64,000 nucleotides of DNA from Polyangiales bacterium (GTDB lineage: Bacteria; Myxococcota_A; Polyangia; Polyangiales; Houyiibacteriaceae): contig JBGCFM010000157.1 of NCBI GenBank assembly GCA_045106895.1, positions 1 through 64,000 of the forward strand, in the 5' to 3' direction. Numbering within the stretch: the stretch's first letter is position 1; each line of letters opens with the position of its first letter. The position numbers and the translations under genes are program-made. Shown here in pieces: positions 1-9,996 of the stretch. Below the pieces are notes generated by a model. That model worked only from the letters and a program-made list of their open reading frames with translations, ran no database searches and was not told the DNA's origin.

Positions 1-2
1 GC

Positions 3-1841
3 ATCTGGGAACCCATCGGTGTTGAGGTCTGCGACGGTCGCGTCGGTGATGCAGCCATCCGTCATGCGGTTGACCTCAAGACGGTTGATAAACTGGAGCG
101 CGTCGCCGGCGTCTCCTGGCGAGTCCGTCGCTTCGATGTTGACGAAGAGCTGCAACTGGTCGGCGAGTTCGCGGACGCCCGAGGTAACGGCGTTGACGAC
201 GTCATCGCCATCACCTTCGTAGTAGAAGGGCTCCCCCGCCGTGTCGACGCTGCCCGCCGCCGTGGCGAGGCCTTGGAGGTCTTCGCGAGGCTGTCCGCCG
301 CTGCTGGCGTCGATGCCGACGAAGTTCACGCGGTTGAGTCGCAGGCGTCCACCTGCTGCGCCTGCGGTGTTGACTGCGAGGCAAGAGTCGACGTTTGTTG
401 GGTCGTCTCTGCATTGGTTTGTCTCGTCCGTGATCAGCGTCAGCACACGGACGGCATCACGCCGGTAAGCGGGGCAACCGACGCCGCCGGCGGAGCAAGA
501 GGCTCCGAAGCAAACGCTCGGGTCGGACACACAAGCGGCGCTCTCAAAGAGGCTCTCGTCGGCACCGGGGCCGTTTGCCCGACTCGGAATGGTGTCCGCC
601 GTCATCGTGGCGTCTGGCTGGACGCCGAGGAGGTTGCGGTAGCTTGAACCGTACCCCGCGTAGTAGCCCACACCGGTCCACACGTTGGCGATGCAGCCAG
701 TGCTCTCGGGGTCTTCGATGCACGTCCCGTCGAGGCCACAGATTTGCCCGTCCGCGCAGGTCGCATCGGAGAGGCAAGCCAGCTCGCTGTCGTCGCAAGT
801 GAGGTCGTCGATGACGCTCACTACGGCGTCGCGCATCGCTGTGATCTCACCGATCATGGAGCCCGTCAGGTCGAAGAGAAAATACACGTCAGCGCGGCGA
901 ATGTTCGTGCGGAACTTCAACGTATCGCGCGGCGGAACGGCGGCTTCGCGAAATGGAACGACGAAAACGAAGTCACCACGGGTTCGTGGGCTGTCGAGGG
1001 GGTCGTTGAGGTCCGTGCCGCCTCCGACCTCGATGAGGTCTGGGACGCCGTCCATGTCGGAGTCCGTGAGCGTTGGGTCGCTGCCGAGCTCAGCCTCAAG
1101 CTCGTCGCTTAGGCCATCGCCGTCCGAGTCGAGGTCGACAAAGTCGGCGAACTCGTCGCCGTCGGTGTTGATGGGTGGGGTGTCGAGGTCGTCGTCGCCG
1201 GCTTCGTCGGCGTCGGAGATGCCGTCGTTGTCGGAGTCCTCGTCTACGTAGTTCGGCACTTCGTCGCCGTCCGCGTCTCGCGGTCCGTCGTTGAAGTCTG
1301 AGATCGTGTCGCCGTCCGAGTCGATGTCCCGGTAGTTCGGGATCCCGTCGTCGTCGGTGTCGCGGGGGAGGGTGGTGCGCCCGTCGAGCTCCGTGACATC
1401 GTCAATGCGGTCGCCGTCGTCGTCGTCGTCGCGATAGTCCAGGACCCCGTCTCCATCGGTGTCGATGGGGTTGCCCTCTTCATCGAGGTTCGCATCCAGA
1501 CGGTCCGGGATCCCGTTGTTGTCTGAGTCCTCGTCCCGGAAGTCACGGACGCCGTCTCCGTCGGAGTCCAGTGGCTGAGCCTCGTCTCCACGTTCGAGGG
1601 AGTCTGGCAGGCCGTCGTTGTCCGAGTCCGAGTCAAGATAGTCCGGCTGTCCGTCCCCGTCGGTGTCGACCCCGTCCGCACGACCTTCATCGGTGTTGGA
1701 GATGCCGTCGCCGTCCGCATCCTGTTCGGGGGGGAGGAAGGTGTCGCCGCTTCCGTCGGCGAACCCACCGTCGGTCGCGGGGCGGTCGTCGTCGCCGCAT
1801 GCCACGGCGAAGAGCAGAGAGAGTGAAAGTAGAATGCGCAT
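3..1841 (-). CDS. Lipoprotein with thrombospondin type-3-like Ca-binding repeats and a vWA domain (3' end runs off the window)
   Basis: Absent from the ORF track because it has no stop in the window. Manual translation from ATG 1841 gives MRILLSLSLLFAVACGDDD (lipobox), many DxDxDG repeats (DADGDGISN, DTDGDGQPD, DSDNDGLPD), and a MIDAS-like DVYFLFDLTGSM. The frame stays open to the window edge (...DLNTDGFPD). Confidence 0.85.
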   Translation of the reverse strand, partial: MRILLSLSLLFAVACGDDDRPATDGGFADGSGDTFLPPEQDADGDGISNTDEGRADGVDTDGDGQPDYLDSDSDNDGLPDSLERGDEAQPLDSDGDGVRDFRDEDSDNNGIPDRLDANLDEEGNPIDTDGDGVLDYRDDDDDGDRIDDVTELDGRTTLPRDTDDDGIPNYRDIDSDGDTISDFNDGPRDADGDEVPNYVDEDSDNDGISDADEAGDDDLDTPPINTDGDEFADFVDLDSDGDGLSDELEAELGSDPTLTDSDMDGVPDLIEVGGGTDLNDPLDSPRTRGDFVFVVPFREAAVPPRDTLKFRTNIRRADVYFLFDLTGSMIGEITAMRDAVVSVIDDLTCDDSELACLSDATCADGQICGLDGTCIEDPESTGCIANVWTGVGYYAGYGSSYRNLLGVQPDATMTADTIPSRANGPGADESLFESAACVSDPSVCFGASCSAGGVGCPAYRRDAVRVLTLITDETNQCRDDPTNVDSCLAVNTAGAAGGRLRLNRVNFVGIDASSGGQPREDLQGLATAAGSVDTAGEPFYYEGDGDDVVNAVTSGVRELADQLQLFVNIEATDSPGDAGDALQFINRLEVNRMTDGCITDATVADLNTDGFPD

Positions 1842-1851
1842 GGTGTCTCGA

Positions 1852-3693
1852 TCAGGGAGTGGGGACGATGGTGGCGGAGGCTGTGACGGAGCCGCCGGAA
1901 GTAGGAACAGCTACGCCAACCGTGTAGGTGCCCGCCTCGAGAGTTTGCGTTTCGGTGATGGTGGGGACGCCGCTCGTGCAGAGGACCTCCGTTGCGGCGA
2001 CGCCGCATTCACCCGCGAGGCTGAGGATGTGAACCCCGCCTGCGTCGGAGGTGATGGTCACGTCGCTTCGCTCCGTAATGTTCACGGAGAAGTACGCATC
2101 GCGCCACGGCGCGACGTTGGCGCCGCAGCCGAAACCACCGTCGTTCTCAAGGTCCGCGGCGACGACCATTCCGGGGCCCGAGGTGATGTCGATGGCGGTC
2201 CCACAGCTGTCGCCTTGGGCGCGCGCCGTCGGGGGCCGAACGTCGACCTCGAGTTCGTAGCTCACCGCGCTGGACGAGTCCGCCTCGATGATGACGAAGT
2301 AAATCCCAGCAACGAGGGGGCGAATTAGAATCTCGGGTCCGGTGCCCCGTTCGCAGGCAAGGTCCATCGCTGGCGCTGAGCAGTCCGGAACCACGGAGAC
2401 CGATACACTGGTGTTGAATCCAGATGCCGTCGTTGCCGCGCCACGAAGAGTGACGTCGGAGTCCGACGGCAGCACGAGACGGTACGCAGCCTCGGGGTAT
2501 TCCGTGGAGGAAGTTCGGCAAGAAGGCTTGCCGTGCTGGTCTGTGTGGGCGGAGAAGTCACCGGCGAAGAGGCCTCCGGCGGAAATGTCCGGCGCCGTCG
2601 CGCACTGGTCCGTCTCCGGGGGAGGATCCGTGGGTCGGATGTCAAAGCTCAGACCGTAGAGGCCCTCCGCGGGGCTCGCGGTTACAATGTAGTAGGTGCC
2701 AGCGGCCAGCCGGGAGACTTCGATCTCCGGGGATGCGCCGAAACTCGAGCTGCGTCGTGCGCAGTCGATGGCGTCGGCTGCGTCATTCGTGCAAGCCGCC
2801 GCTCCTGGGCCGCGGAGTTCGATGGTCGTTCCCGAAGGACCATTCGTCGACGCGAGGAAGTCGCTCTCGACGCCGATGGTGAACTGGAATACGGCGTCGC
2901 GGTTTCCTGTGCCGGTTTCACAGTCGAGGACGTAGTTGTCCGTCAGGGTCTGGGTGCTCCATCCGTAGAATCCACTGCCGCCAAGAATCACAGGACTCGC
3001 GCAGGTGTCGTTGGTCGGTGTGCAGTCCATGTCGAAGATATCGGGCTGCCCATCGCAGTCGTCGTCGACGTTGTTGTCGCAGATTTCCGGGGCACCGGGG
3101 TTGACGGTCACACCGGTCATCGGGTCGTCGTCGCAGTCGCTTCCGCCTTCACAGCGCGAGTCTGCGTAGCCGTCCCCATCCACATCGCGGAGCTCGTTGG
3201 TGCAGCCCATCTCCGGGTCACAGCGGTCGATGGTGCAGCTGTCGCCGTCGGAGCAACTCGGCGGAACGCCGTCGATGCAGCCGACCTCCGCGTCACAAAG
3301 CTCTTCGCCGGTGCATTGGTTACCGTCGTCACAGAACGCATCGTCGATGACGTTTTCGCAGCGCGACGCGCCCTCTTCGCAGCTGTCCGTCGTGCATGCG
3401 ACGCCGTCGTCGCACGGGGGGGGGCCGGCGACGCACGTTCCGCCTTGGCAGCGCTCCGCGCCGTTGCAAAAGCAGCGGTCTGTACACTGGCTGTCTGTGC
3501 GGCAGAAGGTCCCCAGGGTGGAGCCCTCCACGCAGCTGCTTGCGCTGGTGTCGATGCGTGGAGCGTCCAGCATCACGTCCGCGCCGCCTGCATCGGGGGC
3601 GGTCACGTCGGGCCTGGGGCCGCTGTCGAGGCGTGAGGTGTCGTCGCCGCAAGCAACAACGAGAAAGAGACCGAGGAAAAGGGTTTTACGCAT
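1852..3693 (-). CDS. Cys-rich lipoprotein with CDDGxxCT repeats, a MopE-like putative metal-binding motif and beta-sandwich repeats
   Basis: Start moved to ATG 3693 (MRKTLFLGLFLVVACGDD, lipobox). Contains CDDGVACTTDSC and CDDGNQCTGEELC repeats, DCDD...VNPGAPEICDNNVDDDCDG, and three modules starting NDTCASP / TDQCATAP / GDSCGTAI. Confidence 0.8.
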   Translation of the reverse strand: MRKTLFLGLFLVVACGDDTSRLDSGPRPDVTAPDAGGADVMLDAPRIDTSASSCVEGSTLGTFCRTDSQCTDRCFCNGAERCQGGTCVAGPPPCDDGVACTTDSCEEGASRCENVIDDAFCDDGNQCTGEELCDAEVGCIDGVPPSCSDGDSCTIDRCDPEMGCTNELRDVDGDGYADSRCEGGSDCDDDPMTGVTVNPGAPEICDNNVDDDCDGQPDIFDMDCTPTNDTCASPVILGGSGFYGWSTQTLTDNYVLDCETGTGNRDAVFQFTIGVESDFLASTNGPSGTTIELRGPGAAACTNDAADAIDCARRSSSFGASPEIEVSRLAAGTYYIVTASPAEGLYGLSFDIRPTDPPPETDQCATAPDISAGGLFAGDFSAHTDQHGKPSCRTSSTEYPEAAYRLVLPSDSDVTLRGAATTASGFNTSVSVSVVPDCSAPAMDLACERGTGPEILIRPLVAGIYFVIIEADSSSAVSYELEVDVRPPTARAQGDSCGTAIDITSGPGMVVAADLENDGGFGCGANVAPWRDAYFSVNITERSDVTITSDAGGVHILSLAGECGVAATEVLCTSGVPTITETQTLEAGTYTVGVAVPTSGGSVTASATIVPTP

Positions 3694-3745
3694 GGAGTCG
3701 CTTTGGCTCGTCAAACGGCTGTTGGAAGAAGTCGCGTCGGTCATT

Positions 3746-6700
3746 TCAGTCCACCCGCACGATGCGACCAATCGACTCGGTCTGTGTTTCGAAAAGATAG
3801 ATGGCGTCGTCTGTCTCGTCGTAGGTGAACGAGTAGTCCGAGGAGCCTCCGAGGGAGAGAATCGTGCCGAGGTGCCGAGGTGTCGCGCTGCCCGGGGCGA
3901 CGATGACACCGAGTCGGTTGCCCGTCGCGAACGCAACGTCGCGGTAGTAGAGGTGCGCCGCCGCCGTTCGGCTGTCGATGGCAATGGGGGCCTGAGCGCT
4001 GTCTAGCGTCACCGCGGCAAGGAGTTCCGGAACGAACGCGGGGTTGCCGAGCTCCACAATTGGAATACGCGCCACAGCCCCGCTTTCCGGCGATGGTCCT
4101 TCAAGGTCACCGGCTATGTAGAAGTAGGTGTCGTCGACGGCGATGGAGCGAACATCGTTGATGTTGTCGTTGCTTCCGATTTCGACAGCGCTTCCAGATG
4201 CAACGCTGCTCAGCTGGAAGAAGCGGACCGCGGTGTTGTCGTGTGTCGCGACGATGAGGTCGCCGCTGCTGTTGACGGCGATGGCGCGGATGTCGGTGCC
4301 GTATGCTTCTGGATTGTCCTCCCAAGGCGTTGGTGACCAAGGGAACGTACGCGCATCCCAAAGCTCAAATACACGGTTGGAAGCTTCAATCGTCGTATCG
4401 TCTACGGTGAAAAGCCGCTCGCCGACGGTGGCTGCTTGGTAGCCGAGGCGTGACGATGTCACCATGTCCGGCGTCGTGTAGACGAGCGCCTGAGAGCCGA
4501 CGCGTTTGTTGATCTGAAACACCCGCGACGACTCGCCCATGTAGAGCGTGGTCGGTGTGGAACGCAGCCAGCGTTCGCCGGTCCAGGACTGAGGCGTACC
4601 GGCGTTGCTCAGCGCTCGGTCAAACTCGAGGTCTGTGATGGTTCCGGTGATGCCCTCGTAGGTCTGTTCCTCAAAGGTGAGCCCAGTGATGAGGGCCGTG
4701 CTCGGAATACCAATGCAGAGCGTGGAACCAGACGCGACGACGGCGGCGACGCCCGCTTGTGCGTCGCTCGCGCAAGCGAGGGGCTGGTTGCTAGCCTGGT
4801 CTTGCAGGAGCAGCTCGCCGGCGACGTTGCTGGTGACGACGACGATGTTCTCCGTGGGTTCGTAGCTGTACCACGTGACGGTGGGGGCTGAGCCGAGACA
4901 CGAACCGCCACCAAGGTTCGACGAGGAGTCGCGTCGTACGGGGCCGCTCATCGTGATGGGCCGCGCTGTGCCGCAGGACTCGCCTTCGGCCACGGGGATC
5001 TCGCGAACGGTGACCGTCGCACCTGGGAACGGATCGTCCGGGTCTTCGGCGCTGACCCAAATGAACACATCACCGGCGGGGGCGCTCGCTGCGATGGTCG
5101 TCGGACGATCAAAGCTCGCTTCGCACGCCACGCTTTGGTAGTCCGGTGCGCTCGGGTCGCATCCACGGCTGACCTCGATGTTGATGTCCGCGGCGCTGCT
5201 TAGGATGTCGGTCGGGACGGCACGAATCTCAAGGATGGTCCCTGAGGACTTTGTGAAGCGAATCACAGCGTCTGCGCCATGCTGGTCAGCACAGCTAGTG
5301 TTGCCGGGACCGTTCGAGACATCGTCGCGGTCGAAGTCTTGAACTCCGCCGATGGGAATCTGGAAGGTGTGAGGGTCGCGCTCGGTTCGCGGGGCAACGT
5401 ACACACCTGCGGGGGAGTCGATGCTGAAGGGGTTGTCGCAGCCTTCGCCTTCAGGGAACGCGGTGACCTCCGTGACCGTGACGTCGGCGCCGGGGAAAGG
5501 CCCCGTGGTGTCTTTGGCGACCCAGATATAGTAGGTGCCCGGGCCGACATCGAGGACGCGTCCACCGGCCTGCATCACCGAGTGACAGACAAGCTGCGCC
5601 TCGTCGTCTCCGCTGAGCGGAATCTCGCACACGCCATCGCGGAGTTCCCAGTTGATGTCCGTTGTGTCACTGCCCGTGGCGACGATGTCGATGGCGAGTG
5701 CGGATCCCCCGTCGGCGAGGCGTTCGCTGGTTTTTACATATTCGATGACGACATCGTCGGAGGCGGTGAAGGTGTCGCAGCTGTCGGTGGCGCCGTCGTC
5801 GACGTATTCACCGGCCTCGATGGACCAAAACAGCCCTCCCTCGGGTGTCTCCTCCGCCGAGAGGGCGGTCAACGGTTCTCGGCACGAGTCGCCGGTTGGC
5901 TCCTGGGTCGTGAAATTGAGGACCCCGTCGATGAGGTATGCCTCGCCGTCGAGGGCGCGCCCGCCTGCGTCCTGGAATGAAGTGAGGTCGAGTGCATAGG
6001 CGCGTCCGGCTTGCAGCCGGCCGGCGACGTTGAACTCGGCGATGGTGTTGCTCGCGCTGAAGGTCGCCGCGATCATGCTCGTGGTCACGCCATTGTCGAG
6101 AGCCGCCGTTCCCCGAAGAGAATTCATGGGCTCGTCGAATCGCACGCGGATGGTGTTTCGCGAGAACCGGACATCCGTAGCGCCTTCGTCCGGGGCGGTG
6201 CTGATCACCCGCGGACCGAACGTGTCGACGCCTACCTCGAAGTCGATGGCTCCGTCGTCAAGGTAGGAGACGAGGTCAAGGGGGGTGCCGTTTCTGTCTG
6301 TAATGCCCGATGCGGACAGGTCCAGGGCGTAGTCGCCGAGGGTCGTGATGAGACCGGAGACCTCGAAGACAAGGGCGCGTTCACCGTCGAAGGAGCCCAA
6401 AACCTCCGTGCTATTCATGCCGCCTGTGAAGGAGGCAAAGATGGGCCCAGTGCCGACGATAACCTCGTCGAACTCCACGCGGACCGTCGTTGTCGCAGGG
6501 TTGGCGCCGCGTTGCCCTTCGGTGGGAATAGACGAAGTCACGCGCGGCGCGTCGTCGTCTGGGCCCGTGGCGAAATTGAGGCGGCCATCGATCAAGTAGG
6601 GGGCGCCATCAAGCTCGTTCCCCGATTCGTCAACGAGCCCGGTGAAGATGAGGCGGTAGTTTTGGGAGTAGGCGATGCCAGTGACGGGAATCGTGACGCT

Positions 6701-7393
6701 CGTCGCGTCCCACTCGGGCTCGCCAAGGATGCCGGGGCCGCCTTCCAGTCGGAACGCGCTGACGCTTGCATCGATTTGCTCGTTGAACTCGACCTCGATG
6801 CTATCGAGTCGCGCGCTCAGACCGATGGCGCCTTCCTCCGGGGTGGAGGCGACGACGAAGGGCGGGTCCATGTCGTTGACCTGGAACGTCCAGTCGTAGA
6901 CAGCGTCGAGGGGCGCGCCGCCGACATCCGTGAAGTCTTGCTGGGCAGACGCTGTGTACTCGACTCCGCCCACCAGCGCTTCGGGGGGCGTCACGAGGAC
7001 GGCGACGTTTACTCCGGGGTCATCGAACCCAAGGTCCATCATCGAAAGCCATTGCCCGCCGGCGGCGGCGCTCGCGTCGAGTTCGATGTCACCGGGCTGG
7101 AGCGTGATGGTTCCGGCGTCCGTGGCCATCTCTTCGGAGAACCAGACCAAGAGTGATGTCTCTGGCTCGATGTTCGTCGCACCCGCCTCCGGTAGCGCTT
7201 CGCGAACGAAAGGCGCCCCGATAACCCGCGGCACGTCGGACCCGTCCGAGCCGTCGAGGCTCGCATCCGGCAAAGAGGAGTCCGCGACGCCCGCGTCGGC
7301 GACAAGGTCATCATCGCCGCATCCGGCAAGCAGGATGAGAAGGGCGCTGAAGATGGCGCCACGATGGGCCCCTGATTGGGGGTGCGGAAGCAT
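3746..7393 (-). CDS. Large lipoprotein with four bacterial Ig-like (Big_5/SbsA-type) domains and a beta-rich C-terminus
   Basis: Lipobox LLAGC-GDDD. Four repeats begin APFVREALPEAGAT / PPFVVASTPEEGAI / APRVTSSIPTEGQR / GPRVISTAPDEGAT, each with FxE motifs. SD AAGGAG upstream; start is ATG 7393 or TTG 7399. Confidence 0.8.
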   Translation of the reverse strand: MLPHPQSGAHRGAIFSALLILLAGCGDDDLVADAGVADSSLPDASLDGSDGSDVPRVIGAPFVREALPEAGATNIEPETSLLVWFSEEMATDAGTITLQPGDIELDASAAAGGQWLSMMDLGFDDPGVNVAVLVTPPEALVGGVEYTASAQQDFTDVGGAPLDAVYDWTFQVNDMDPPFVVASTPEEGAIGLSARLDSIEVEFNEQIDASVSAFRLEGGPGILGEPEWDATSVTIPVTGIAYSQNYRLIFTGLVDESGNELDGAPYLIDGRLNFATGPDDDAPRVTSSIPTEGQRGANPATTTVRVEFDEVIVGTGPIFASFTGGMNSTEVLGSFDGERALVFEVSGLITTLGDYALDLSASGITDRNGTPLDLVSYLDDGAIDFEVGVDTFGPRVISTAPDEGATDVRFSRNTIRVRFDEPMNSLRGTAALDNGVTTSMIAATFSASNTIAEFNVAGRLQAGRAYALDLTSFQDAGGRALDGEAYLIDGVLNFTTQEPTGDSCREPLTALSAEETPEGGLFWSIEAGEYVDDGATDSCDTFTASDDVVIEYVKTSERLADGGSALAIDIVATGSDTTDINWELRDGVCEIPLSGDDEAQLVCHSVMQAGGRVLDVGPGTYYIWVAKDTTGPFPGADVTVTEVTAFPEGEGCDNPFSIDSPAGVYVAPRTERDPHTFQIPIGGVQDFDRDDVSNGPGNTSCADQHGADAVIRFTKSSGTILEIRAVPTDILSSAADINIEVSRGCDPSAPDYQSVACEASFDRPTTIAASAPAGDVFIWVSAEDPDDPFPGATVTVREIPVAEGESCGTARPITMSGPVRRDSSSNLGGGSCLGSAPTVTWYSYEPTENIVVVTSNVAGELLLQDQASNQPLACASDAQAGVAAVVASGSTLCIGIPSTALITGLTFEEQTYEGITGTITDLEFDRALSNAGTPQSWTGERWLRSTPTTLYMGESSRVFQINKRVGSQALVYTTPDMVTSSRLGYQAATVGERLFTVDDTTIEASNRVFELWDARTFPWSPTPWEDNPEAYGTDIRAIAVNSSGDLIVATHDNTAVRFFQLSSVASGSAVEIGSNDNINDVRSIAVDDTYFYIAGDLEGPSPESGAVARIPIVELGNPAFVPELLAAVTLDSAQAPIAIDSRTAAAHLYYRDVAFATGNRLGVIVAPGSATPRHLGTILSLGGSSDYSFTYDETDDAIYLFETQTESIGRIVRVD

Positions 7394-7557
7394 ATGCAAA
7401 GGACTCCTTAAGAACTGAACAAGTGAAATTTGCCCTCGTGGGTCTCGGGTTGCAAGTCGCGTTGTGACCTTACCGACCCCCGGCTTTCACCCTTGGCTCG
7501 GGGCATGAGCCTCGGAGAAGGCGGATGCGCTCGATTCAGGCGTCTTGAGGCGGTCCT

Positions 7558-8316
7558 TTAGCGGTCTCGCACGGGGTTTTCGAGGTCTTCGAGACCTTCG
7601 ATGCTCACGCGCACCGTATCGCCGGGCTTCAGCGCCGCGACGCCGGCGGGGGTTCCGGTCAGCACCACATCGCCTGGTTCGAGAGTCATGACCCGGGAGA
7701 TGAAGGCGATGAGCTTATAAGGTGGCCAGACCATCGCGTCAGTTCGGCCGCTTTGCCTTCGTTCGTCGCCAACGAACACTTCAAGTCCGAGCGCCCTAAC
7801 ATCGATGCCCGTCGTGAGAGACGGACCTAAGGGGCAGAACGTGTCGAACCCTTTTCCGCGGGTGAACTGAACGTCGGCGCGTTGAATGTCTCGTGCAGTC
7901 ACGTCGTTGGCGCAGGTCCAACCGAAGACAGCGCGCTGTGCCGCAGCCTCATCGCCATCGCGAAGGCGGGAGCCAATGACCGCCGCAAGTTCGCCTTCGT
8001 GCTCTACGCGCTCGCTCACGCTTGGAAGCTCGATGGCCTCTCCGTGCGCGATGAGTGCGCTCGGAGGTTTTAAGAAGAGCAGCGGCTCTTTGGGTACGTC
8101 GTTTCCGAGCTCCGCTGCATGGGCGGCATAGTTGCGGCCGACACACACAATCTTGCTCGCCTCCGCCGGAGGGAGAAGGCGCGCAGGCGTCGCGACGTTT
8201 CCTTCATCTTCTGGGCTGTGCCAGGGAGGCCTGCTCAGGAGAACTAGGCCGTCCGGCTCATGGCGAACCCAGCGTTCGTTGCCTTCGTGGTGGACGCGGG
8301 AAAAACGCGCGCTCAC
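7558..8316 (-). CDS. Fumarylacetoacetate hydrolase family protein
   Basis: Motifs KIVCVGRNYAAH, FLKPPS, EHEGEL, ANDVTARD, KGFDTFCPLGP and LEPGDVVLTGTPAG. GTG start overlaps the upstream stop (GTGA). Confidence 0.92.
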   Translation of the reverse strand: MSARFSRVHHEGNERWVRHEPDGLVLLSRPPWHSPEDEGNVATPARLLPPAEASKIVCVGRNYAAHAAELGNDVPKEPLLFLKPPSALIAHGEAIELPSVSERVEHEGELAAVIGSRLRDGDEAAAQRAVFGWTCANDVTARDIQRADVQFTRGKGFDTFCPLGPSLTTGIDVRALGLEVFVGDERRQSGRTDAMVWPPYKLIAFISRVMTLEPGDVVLTGTPAGVAALKPGDTVRVSIEGLEDLENPVRDR

Positions 8317-9158
8317 GTGTCGAGCACTTTGGCGAAGAACTCGTCGTGGTCCGCCGCAAAGGCTTTGTATCCAGCATCGAGCTGACGCCGGAGAGCGTCG
8401 TGAAGTTTCTCCGGCACGTATTTGAACGCCAAGCTCGCGCCGCTCACGGCCCATTCGAAGTGGTCTGCTTCGGCGGCGCCGCCGTGGCCCGAGTGAATGC
8501 CAATCCACTGGTAACAGTTGTGCGCTTGGTCCGCGATGGTCACTTCCGTTTCCGAAAGCTGCTTCACGAGCTCCGCGTCGTGGGCTCTAAGCGACGAGTC
8601 GATGATGGAGAACTCTTTGTCAGCCAGAAGCTCGCTGCCGAGGTGATAGCCGATGGCGCGGAAGATCCCTGCGTAGTCGTCTGCGCTGCCTTCGCCATAA
8701 CCCTGAGCGACACGGCCACGGAGGCCGTCGAGCCAGAAGGGGCAGCGGAGCGTCTGCTCCAGCGCTTCGTCGGCGAGCTCGCTGTGATCGGTCTTGGCCA
8801 TGTTCACGACGCCGGTCAGCGTCGCTTGGGCGAGGCATCGGTGGGTGTCGCGATGTTCCGTGTCTCGGTCGTCGAACTCGTCACGCGCCGCGTCGAAGAA
8901 ATAGCTCGCGACAAGCACGCTTCGGTCCGCGAGGGGAGCCAGCATGCCCTCCTCGAGGAAGAGGTCTTGGCTACGGCCGATCTTACCGGCAAGGGAAGCC
9001 ACGCCGGAACCGAAGAGGCCGTTCCAAGACGCGTAGCGCGCCAAGAAGAGCGTGGTCGTGAGCCGCGACTGGGTGGCGGTTTGGACGACTTTCTCGACGG
9101 CCGCAGCAGCGGCGTCAGCATCGTGAAGCGCCGCGAGGCTCTCTCTCGTGATCTTCAT
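8313..9158 (-). CDS. Putative heme-oxygenase-like (CADD/TenA fold) diiron enzyme
   Basis: Helical protein with ligand-like motifs RDEFDD...THR, HLGSE, WIGIH and EADHF, a spacing typical of HO-like diiron oxidases. ATGA overlap with the upstream gene. Confidence 0.55.
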   Translation of the reverse strand: MKITRESLAALHDADAAAAAVEKVVQTATQSRLTTTLFLARYASWNGLFGSGVASLAGKIGRSQDLFLEEGMLAPLADRSVLVASYFFDAARDEFDDRDTEHRDTHRCLAQATLTGVVNMAKTDHSELADEALEQTLRCPFWLDGLRGRVAQGYGEGSADDYAGIFRAIGYHLGSELLADKEFSIIDSSLRAHDAELVKQLSETEVTIADQAHNCYQWIGIHSGHGGAAEADHFEWAVSGASLAFKYVPEKLHDALRRQLDAGYKAFAADHDEFFAKVLDT

Positions 9159-9979
9159 TCGTTCTCCATCAGTTCATCCAGCGCATCAAACTGTTCTTCG
9201 AGCTCGTAGTCCATGTTCTCTTCTGCATCCATCCGCGCCACGGCCACTTGGAGCTCGCTTGCGAACGCCTCGCGCGCCGTCGGGTTGGCGATGATTCGCT
9301 GGTAGACCTCGTCAAAGGTGTCCGCCATCGAGAGCATATTCGCCTCCAGCGCAGCGTCGCGACTCTTCATCTCTTCGTGCCGACGGAGGAGGTTTTCAAT
9401 GTCGCTCTTCGCCTTCTGAAGACGTCGTTTGTCAGCGCTCGGAAGGTCCTTTTCGAGCTTGTGAGCGAGGTCCATCACGCGGCCTCGAAGGGCGCGTTGG
9501 TCAACAGCTTCGCCTCGCTCATGAATCGCGATTCGCGCAAGCCAGAGGCCGAGGTAGTCCACCGTCGACTCATCGAGATCCTTGATGTCGTCGAGAGTGA
9601 TGGCCGTGTCTGACTCCGCCGCCATCTTCGCGAGCGAGTCCCGACGCTCGAGCATGCGGTAGTAGTTGGTCCAGTACGTGTGGTTGTCGCCTACGCGCTT
9701 TTTGATCTCAGAGATGAGGTGTTCGCGGGCAGCTTCGCGCTGATCGCGGTCGATGCGCGCATCGACGGCGGCGCGCCACTTGTGGTGGTCCGGCACCGTC
9801 AGGATCGCCATCGTTAGCGCTGCGAGGTAGCCGAGGAAGGGCAAGAACCCGCCCATGCCCCAGGGGATTGTCATCACGAGGCTGATGCCTACGGAGATCA
9901 GGAATGAGTTCGTATTCCAGCGATGCTTGAGCATCTCCATGATGTACGAAACTTTGCGCTTTTTCGGTCTCCACCCCAT
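9155..9979 (-). CDS. Hypothetical membrane protein: two N-terminal TM helices and a long coiled-coil tail
   Basis: Hydrophobic segments FLISVGISLVMTIPW and FLPFLGYLAALTMAILTV, followed by a charged helical region. Confidence 0.75.
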   Translation of the reverse strand: MGWRPKKRKVSYIMEMLKHRWNTNSFLISVGISLVMTIPWGMGGFLPFLGYLAALTMAILTVPDHHKWRAAVDARIDRDQREAAREHLISEIKKRVGDNHTYWTNYYRMLERRDSLAKMAAESDTAITLDDIKDLDESTVDYLGLWLARIAIHERGEAVDQRALRGRVMDLAHKLEKDLPSADKRRLQKAKSDIENLLRRHEEMKSRDAALEANMLSMADTFDEVYQRIIANPTAREAFASELQVAVARMDAEENMDYELEEQFDALDELMENE

Positions 9980-9996
9980 TCGTGTCTAAACCAAAC

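Noticed and set aside
1000..1800. Repetitive GTCGTCG/CCGTC-rich DNA resembling a repeat array
   Set aside because: It encodes Asp-rich DxDxDG repeats. There is no constant repeat with unique spacers, so it is not CRISPR.
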